Assembly: GCA_040954595.2 (NCBI GenBank)
Contig: CM082597.2
Location: forward strand, 3,148,265 to 3,212,264
Direction of reading: 5' to 3'
DNA from: Balanoglossus misakiensis
Lineage: Eukaryota > Animalia > Hemichordata
DNA length: 64,000 nucleotides
Made by a program: the position numbers and the translations under genes. The stretch's first letter is position 1, and the number at the start of each line of letters is the position of its first letter. Shown here in pieces: positions 55,964 to 64,000 of this stretch. Below the pieces are notes generated by a model that did not search any database, had not been told where the DNA came from, and was given only the letters and a program-made list of their open reading frames with translations.

Positions 55964-58900
55964 TTAGTCTTCAGTGTCTCTTTCACAAACATAACCACGT
56001 CTGTCAGAACACGGATAATCACCCCATTTGCCATCATAATTGTAGCGTAAAATAGTGCAATCCTCATCGCCTCCATAATTGTCCGGTTCACCATCTTTCC
56101 AGTTAGTGTAGTTTAACTATTGAAAAATTGAGAAATACACACATATATATAAATTTTAATATGTAAGATACTATAGGCTGGGGGGGGGGGTTGTAGATGG
56201 TATACACACTAAAATAATGTTTGAAGTTGAAAACCATTGCGTTGATAAAAACAATCGGTTAAAATTGTTTCGTTGATGGCTAGTAATTGACCAGTATGGT
56301 GAGGTAAGGTAGATACATGTTTATGCAGATAGCTCTCTGCGACTCCATGAACTTACCGGTGATCCATCTATCCATACAAAATCTCCTTCTACTGCCTTAT
56401 CTTCCAACCCGATCCAAATGTGTTTTACCTTGCGAGTGTATCCTGTACGAAAATAATTAAACATAATCTTGATTTAATCACATTTACTGTTTGCCCCAGC
56501 CCATGCCTTCATCCAAAGTTTTACAATGCAATACACCCTTTTCATAAATGGAAAATCCCCTTGATGTGATTGGTCAACCTTCCCATTGGCCTCGTATTGT
56601 ATTTTCACTGAATTTTCCAACCTACCTTTCAATAACAAATCTTCTTCGGCGTCATTAACAATTGCCAAAGTACTATTGAATAGTTCACACATAGTCACGG
56701 CTTCTTCAAACGTGTACATATGATACAGGTATGCAAAATAACACCGGGTGCGAAAATGTGTCCATCCAGGTGGACAAGCTGTACAGAGGCAAGAAAGACA
56801 AAGTGTTATCCAGGTGGTGCTCGATCAAGTGGGTAGGCCCTATCCTGCATGGCAGTGGACTGGTCAAATGGTACACACAGGTGTCAACACAGATTTGAAT
56901 CATAATGTCATACATGAGGGAGATAGGCCTAACTGTACTTAAACAAGCACACATATGTATGTTATACGTTAAGGGGGCAGCCTGGCGTGTAGTGATAGGG
57001 GTACTGGGTCCGAGCATTATGGAGGATGATTGGCGACTTCATGGCCTCGATCTTGTACCCTTGAGTCAGGTACTCTACACCTCATTTCTTTATTCGTGTT
57101 TTTAAATACGTACCTGGCTGTTTTGGCATATCTTGTATCCGTTCTGACAACTCCGAGACAGTTGCTGACAGACGCTGGACATCGGTGGTTTGATTATCCT
57201 GAACGTCCCCTCCTGAAAGCAGTAACAATTCACAGCAATCAGCCCAAACTGTCAAATTACACATAATAACAGACATGTGCCTCTCACTCGAGAAGTTCAT
57301 TTAATTTTTGAAGTTATCCCATCAGCTAGATTAAATTCATATATCAGTTTTCTTATGGGAGTTGTTCTCCAAGCTTGTTCAAATGGTGCTGCTATGGAGA
57401 CCGTTGTTATGGATGGCTTGTGGGCTCTGGCAGGCTCATGAGAAATTTCCATCACGCCCTTGGCGGGTGATATCATAGCGTGTCAAACACCAATCAGAAG
57501 TGCGTTCTGGGCCACGTGATTAGCCTGTTATTGAAGCATGCTGGAGGAGAAATGGCTGGAGGAAGAACGTGGGGATTCGGCTCCGTGCAACTTTGCCTTA
57601 TTTTGTCCGCTTGCCTCCTACTGGAAAGCCAGCTCAGGTCACCGATCGGGAGATCGAAGTCGGGTGACCTTAGCGGGTCGGTAGTCGCTGAAATTTTGTC
57701 AGAGAGTTGCTTTCGAGTGACAAACAAGCACTGCTTCTCAAAGGCACGCCTTCAGGCGCTACAAATTTACATGCAGTTTGTCTACAGCTTCGCCACAATT
57801 AGTGGCGGCGGTGGAACTGTTAGGATTACCTTGGTATCAGAAGCCCCTTTCTAATTTTCGCCAAGGTCTGGATTGACGTTGTTGTCAGGCTTGATCGATG
57901 AATGCCGTTTGGGGGGACCATCGGTTTTATATTGTATGCTAAAAGGGGTCACAAAAGCTTATAGATGTATGCACTCTGGGCACCGTACTCCTCACGGGAT
58001 CTGCTAACGCAGGTCAGTGCAACACCTTAGGCTTTTGTCTAAATTAATTTAACTGTGTATTTGAACGTTATAGTTTTCATTTTGGCATCAATCGTCCGAT
58101 CAGATCTCTGCCTCAACAGACTGATTTTTATGGTGGGTGTTGTTTCTACATAGAAAGCATTGTGTCCAGTAAGGGGTGGACCATTTGATTTATGGGGGTG
58201 GGTGAAGGTTGGGCAGATGTAGGTACATGTACTGGGTTTCGACCGCCGAGAATAGAACGAAAAATGATACTAGTTCTTACCTGCCAACGGTGACATTTCA
58301 TGTATCTGTGTTGACAACTCCGTTACTAGGTCAGAAAGTCTTTGCACTTCAGCTGTCTGTCCACACGTTGTCGTATTATTAATACCTGTGAATAGAAACA
58401 CATACACTGTTTGACCGTGAGCTTATTACTCTAATTGCAGATAATTTTTTGCACTTCTTTATACGCCACTGTACTACACTAAGCGGCTTTCAAAAAGAAG
58501 AATGTATTGAGATTGTCCTTCGGGCACAGGGATTTGTGGCTAATGTTTTCAATGGTTTGAAAAGCACCTACGCATTTCCCTCGAAGCGCCACCAACGGGA
58601 AAGGACACTGCGTTAAGTTTGACCGAGCCCCACTTTCGTCAAATCTTAAGCACCGTAGACATTATGAGGCGGATGTTGAATTGTTCAGTAGGGAACAAAG
58701 GTGGTCGACTTTCCCAGTGGCTTTTCAGAAAACTTGCGCTCTGCTGACTACAACAGCATATACACAGTAAATACTGCCTAAAAATAATTGTCTTCCAATT
58801 ACAGAGACAAAGTCGCTCTTTTTAAACTCTTGCTTCGATGTCAAGAATTCAGTTAATACTGCAAGTCAATTAGTCACCCAAATAATAACCAGTTGATGGC

Positions 58901-59305
58901 TTGAAGAAGGCCACATTTTACTGTCTCTTTACGCAAAGACAAAATGTTTGATTCGGCGCCCGCATGATTTGAACATCATCATATCCAACTCTGGCACTTG
59001 ACGATCTACTCATGTTACAATTACAGTAACCGTATGTTCAATGCATGGGTTAAATTTGTACCAACCGACAAGAACGTTTCCTTCAATAAAGTAAACGACA
59101 CTTGCCTACCTTTCTGTGTGACCAGAGTGGTGTACACTTCGAAAATGAAGACCGCGACTATGGCTGTTGATAACACAACGCCTACACCGACGATAGATTT
59201 GTGCAATCGCGCATGTGACGGACCTCTCAGCGGTTTTTCGGCAACTCGTGGTTTGTGCGCACGTGTTAACTTCGGATGTACCTGCATGTTCTTGGTCGAC
59301 TGCAT
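55964..59305 (-). CDS. Type II membrane C-type lectin with two neck exons, EPD/WGD type
   Basis: Exons 59305-59110 (basic N-terminus + TM IVGVGVVLSTAIVAVFIF), 58385-58281 and 57212-57114 (neck), about 56778-56626 (CPPGW..CY), about 56442-56357 (WIGLEDKAVEGDFVW), about 56116-55964 (YTNWKDGEPD..EDC..WGDYPC..YVCER). Confidence 0.82.
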
Positions 59306-60425
59306 CTTTAACTGCGCAGATACGTGGAGGTGACTTTATTTATTTGGGTAACAACACGTGATTGTTAAAGTGGCTACTTTTGTTGTATTATTAATTCTCT
59401 TCTGATGGTGCTTACTCGCACTAAGTGGTGTTCAAGCCCAAATGGCACAACTTCTATTCACTGGCGTTTGAAAAATCGCCCTCAGCTTTGAAAGAATTCA
59501 CAAACATCAGGTAATCTGATACACATAAAACTAGGATAGCATTGAGCCTGGATAACCGAGATTGTGCCTCTTGGGGCATTCCACGGTGCTTTAGAGTCCT
59601 TGACCTTTCGGCATGGTTAAGCCTCACCCAACAATTGTTCACGTGATATGAATATAATCGTGTTTTGAGAAAGATGCTGTCCATGAAATGGAGTTAACCG
59701 AGAACAAGCAGAAATGTTCGGTCAATGTCGTACTCGCCCTGAAAATTGAAGTCTTGAACCACTTCTCATAGCTTGCTCTGGGCAATTTTGGATTATTCTC
59801 TTGAGAACAAAACAGCCCGAGGATCACCATACAATTTGTTGCCATAGCCAATATGTATAGCATGCAATGTTATTATCAACTATTGAATTTCAGTCTTGAC
59901 AAATAATTTAAATGACAATATACCACTGATCTTAACATGTATGTTGTTTTGCTCACAATCAGAATACACGCTTTGGTGATCAGAACAAGAAAACAGTTGT
60001 TGCACAAAAATACTGTAAATTGTACCAAAAGTTACAACAACTTCCCCTTTAATTTTTTTATCAAAGACAACTTTGACGCTTTATTGTACAATCTGGTGGA
60101 GGTAGGCAGATAACGTATTTCACAGTGATAAGCTGAGAGGCAAGCTTTCCTTTCTATATTCTCTTGTGCATGCCTGACCATAAAGCAATTCTTTCTACGT
60201 GAACCAATTGTGCTGTACACTTTCCTATTAGTCAAGTGCTCCCCCACAGTTAGCTTTTAGCTGTCCCACAGCCCACCGTGTTTCCAAGATGGCGGTTAAG
60301 ACAAACCTCCCCTATATGCATGATTAGACTTTTCTTCCACGCATACAGAAGTCACAAGTGCTAAGGTCATAAACGCATGTGGGCCTACTGGGGATCACAT
60401 GCCATTGGTTTTATTAGTTTTTGTT

Positions 60426-61865
60426 TTACTTGGAACTTAGTAACTCAGGTAGAACGCGGAAGACTGTCAGCATACCCGGAGAGTAGGGTGATAGCACCCG
60501 GTCGTGTGTCACCGATAGTTTGGGCGGGATGTCCATGCTAACCGCGAGTCCACGAGGCCACAACAGCCTCTGGTGTTGTCTGTCCACGCGAACACATTTC
60601 ATGGTTTCAGCGATGATCATAAAGACACCATAATTGCTACAGACGTAGATGTTGTCATGCTGGTCCACAGCTAATCCCCTGGGAGGGATCAACAACTTGT
60701 CTTCTAACCTGATCTCGCTCAAGTGTCGGCCATCTTGGCTCAGTATCTGTATTCGGTTGTTTCCGGTATCTGACACAATGATGTCATCTCCGGTGTTGAC
60801 TGCCAGCAGCCAGGGGTAGATAAGTTGGCCGGGGCCGTCGCCTTGGGAACCGATGTTGCACGAGTAATTACCCTTGGACGTGTACATCCTAATGCAGTGT
60901 CTGTCCCAGTCACTAACCAGAATGTCGCCCTCTGACGTCACAGCAATTCCAGAAGGCCACACAAGTTCCCGTTTTCCGAAGTCTAGTTTCGTCGAACCGT
61001 CGTGGCTAGAGATGACGACGACGCGTTTATTTCTGGTGTCTATGACGGCAATGTCCCCCTGGGGAGTGACTGCCATAGGGCCGGGGATGAATCCATATTC
61101 ACCGAGAACGTTGAAATGTCTCTTGTAGTGGCCATCATCGTGGAAAATCACGATCCGGCGAGTTTTCTCGTCGCCGACAGCGATGCTGCCATCCTGGGTG
61201 ATGGCGACACTACTGGGACATTGTAGATAAGTTTCTCTGCCCTTGATTACCCCCACGCTCAGTACCTCCTGTAGTCTGAAAGCCGCCGGATGAGCAATGA
61301 CGCCCTCGCCGGCGTCCATGCTCATCTGCGACTTGTTCCACTGCCGTAGCTGGGGTAGCAGACCGCACGTGTCGACTTTGCTCAGAATCCCTGTAGTCAC
61401 GCTGTAACTTGGCGTTGATGTGTCCGGCATATCAAGGCTTTGGTGATAAGACAAGTACTTCCTGGGTTTTACTCGGGTCTCTGCGAGTTTCTTCTTCTTA
61501 GTCAGGGTCGCTGGCACAACTTCTCTCTTGGCCGCACCTCCTCTGGTTTCATCACTGTTCACCTCTGCAGGTGTTGCGATCGTTTCCTTCGTCCTGTGCT
61601 TTTCCTGACGCGTGCAAGATTCACTCGTCCCTGGCGACGTGAAGTCCTGCTTGCGGGCGCACTCGCCTCGAGGCATCACCTGGCCAGTGGGCAAACTTCT
61701 CCACTGCCGCATCAGGGCTATTTTCTCGTTCCGTATAGTCACAATCGTCTTGCGGTTCGGTTTGCAGTCTCCCTCAGTAGCGAGACTTCCTTTCTCGGAT
61801 TTCAATGTGCGATCAGTCTCAAGCCGCGGTTTCTCTTCCTTGCTTATCGAGAGTGGTTTCGACAT
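60426..61865 (-). CDS. Intronless NHL-repeat beta-propeller protein (TRIM-NHL-like C-terminal domain, disordered N-terminus)
   Basis: 479-aa ORF with repeats PSSVAITQDGSIAVGD, PGPMAVTPQGDIAVID, PSGIAVTSEGDILVSD, GSQGDGPGQLIYPWLLAVNTGDDIIVSD, PRGLAVDQHDNIYV and PRGLAVS. Confidence 0.85.
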   Translation of the reverse strand: MSKPLSISKEEKPRLETDRTLKSEKGSLATEGDCKPNRKTIVTIRNEKIALMRQWRSLPTGQVMPRGECARKQDFTSPGTSESCTRQEKHRTKETIATPAEVNSDETRGGAAKREVVPATLTKKKKLAETRVKPRKYLSYHQSLDMPDTSTPSYSVTTGILSKVDTCGLLPQLRQWNKSQMSMDAGEGVIAHPAAFRLQEVLSVGVIKGRETYLQCPSSVAITQDGSIAVGDEKTRRIVIFHDDGHYKRHFNVLGEYGFIPGPMAVTPQGDIAVIDTRNKRVVVISSHDGSTKLDFGKRELVWPSGIAVTSEGDILVSDWDRHCIRMYTSKGNYSCNIGSQGDGPGQLIYPWLLAVNTGDDIIVSDTGNNRIQILSQDGRHLSEIRLEDKLLIPPRGLAVDQHDNIYVCSNYGVFMIIAETMKCVRVDRQHQRLLWPRGLAVSMDIPPKLSVTHDRVLSPYSPGMLTVFRVLPELLSSK

Positions 61866-64000
61866 TGCTATCCGCTTTTAGGTTTCTTAAACGTCAGAGA
61901 TAGAGTTGACGGCAAATCTCAAAGACAAAATGTGCTCTCTTGTAACCTGAGCCACAAAGCAAAGATACGGGGATCACGCACGCGAACTTGCACATCTACT
62001 ATTACAGAGTCGCTTTAATGGCAGATAAATCTCCAATTCCAGAGATTGTTCTCGATCTGATATGTGTGTTAGAGAGCAGGGCATCCCTGCACTTGTTACA
62101 TCCCCAGCTCTGATATCTTGTCCATCGCAATAATTTAGACAACCGAGACTGTCAACCATCATCGTCACAAGCTGCAATGTTTATGGCCTCTCGTGTCGTC
62201 TGCTTTCTTAATGACAGCATATTTTCAGGTGAATGGTGTTAGCAATACCTGTAAGAAACCAACACATTGCGATTATAGCGATTGAACAATATTTGTCAAG
62301 GGTTGGTGAAGGATCTGTGTGTGGGTCTCTGTCTCGCTCCGTTCGCCCACCTGTCTGCCTGTCTGTCTGTCTGTATGTGCATCTAGCTACTAGTCAGCCA
62401 GCCAGCCAGCCAGTCATCTAGCTTACTATATATGTCCGTCCGTTCGCAAGGCTCACCCATGGACTCATATTCACCAACGTACGTATGCGTATATGCACCT
62501 GTATCTATGTGAGTGAAAATACATCATAGATATTCCATATTTGATCTGTGACCTCATCCCCATAAATAATACGGCAGGCCATTAAATAGATGTTCCTTGT
62601 GTACGCTATCTCTTGAAACATGGTTTAACAGTCCACTCTAATCCCTTGAGAACGCTTGTAAAGCAGCAGCTATCACTTGACATACTGCACACTAATTTTA
62701 TTGATATTGATTTCGCGAAGCTTGAAGGTCTATGCAATAGTATGTATGTAGGCCTATGTATGTATATGTATGAAAGCCAGAAATCTAGAATATAATATAA
62801 GGAAATTAAGATGCCAATCTGTATCGTCAAAAATGAGATTTCTGAAGACTTTCTTGTCCTTAAGTCTCAGAAACAGAGCTGGGCAACCAGTCGTACTGAA
62901 CAGGGATCAATAATTATATTTTTTCCCTAAAATACTTGTTCGAACTTCCTCGCCGTTTGCCATCAGATTCACAACCACCGTAAAATAAAACGACGACCCC
63001 TCGATTGAGATAACTGCGACCGATAATAAGAAATTCGATTTAGCAGAATTTTATCTATAGTCTGATTGGATTAATTCCGATCAAGCTAAGATAAAGCACA
63101 CGTAAGTGGTGAACGTGATATAATAGCCTTTAGTTAGATGGGAGATAAACGTGTTTTGCTCAGAAACGGAGATTATGTACTGTCATGGGTACACACATAA
63201 TTGTTATACGAAATTCTAACCTTTCCTTTGCGAAGAATCTTCTGCCATTTCGCCAAACAAACAGGCAACATCCCCCAACGCCCTGTCTTCTTAGCCACGA
63301 ATATCACTTTTCATTTGAGTATCTGAGTATCATTCAGCACGATCTTAAGTCTTCGTGTGTCTCGCTGACACGTCACAAACCGGACGTCACGCGTCAAGTC
63401 ACGACTTCACCCGTTTTCTGCCTAATCGATTTTACTATCTAATGAGCAATGTTATATCCATGTATAATAATGACACGCAGAGAGAAGCTATTCCTCACAG
63501 CTAATGTACAGTCACCATTTACCGTTTCTTTTTAGCTTTGATCACTTTGGAATGTTTTCAATACTGGGGAATGCAAGTTATTCGAGGCAAGCCGAAGTCG
63601 TTTACACAAACTAAGCCATCGTTGATGATAATAACAACAAAACCAATGCAAGGCAGGGTCCAAGACTTCTGCAAGCCTCCGCCATACCTTGAATAATACA
63701 TAATGATGACAGAGAGACAGTTATGGTCGCCTAATAGTTGTCAGAGTAATCAACGCTGAGTGATTTCTTGCAATATCCGCTGACTAATCGCCCGAAGACA
63801 GTGATTACCGGCCGCGTGCGTCGAAGTTTAAAGTCATTTACGAAGAGCCCGCCACTTAACAAGCGACTAACACTTATTTCTGCCCATTCGCCGTCTGAAA
63901 ACAAATTATGTCTAAAAATCCGCCGGCCATGCGGATAAATTTCATGATTAGTCTGATAGTAAGCAATTTGTCAAAAATCTTCTATTGCCGAAGTCTTATC

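Noticed and set aside
57180-57235. 2A-like peptide (LLLLSGGDVQDNQ) in ORF 57082-57300
   Set aside because: Lacks NPGP; it is a splice-acceptor tract read into the lectin neck exon.
62200-64000. Short ORFs and a TGACGT/CGTCA cluster near 63365-63410
   Set aside because: No coding signature; may be regulatory for the NHL gene or a gene beyond the window, but this cannot be supported here.

Overview
Gene-dense, intron-rich genomic DNA from a marine invertebrate animal (possibly a deuterostome; this is an inference, not provable here). It is not prokaryotic, and I see no CRISPR, rRNA or tRNA. Manual splicing of the ORF fragments gives 12 protein-coding genes in this order: IGSF9/Turtle-like Ig-FN3 receptor (+, 5' end outside the window), ASCC2 (-), BUD13 (+), glycerol kinase (+), SC5D (-), ATP5MG (+), RBM42 (-), ANKS3 (-), a very large DNAAF8/C16orf71-like protein with about five NDK-like domains (+), two convergent C-type lectin paralogues (one secreted, one type II membrane), and an intronless stand-alone NHL-repeat protein (-). 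Short MITE families, a LINE 3' fragment and tandem repeats fill the introns. I found no clearly new biological system. The most notable observations are the multi-NDK DNAAF8, a 5-nt tandem splice-acceptor switch predicted to give soluble versus tail-anchored glycerol kinase, a U12 minor intron and two GC-AG introns, a pre-miRNA-like intronic hairpin, and deep synteny with human loci. Exon boundaries were read by eye and gene identities rest on recalled motifs, not database searches.
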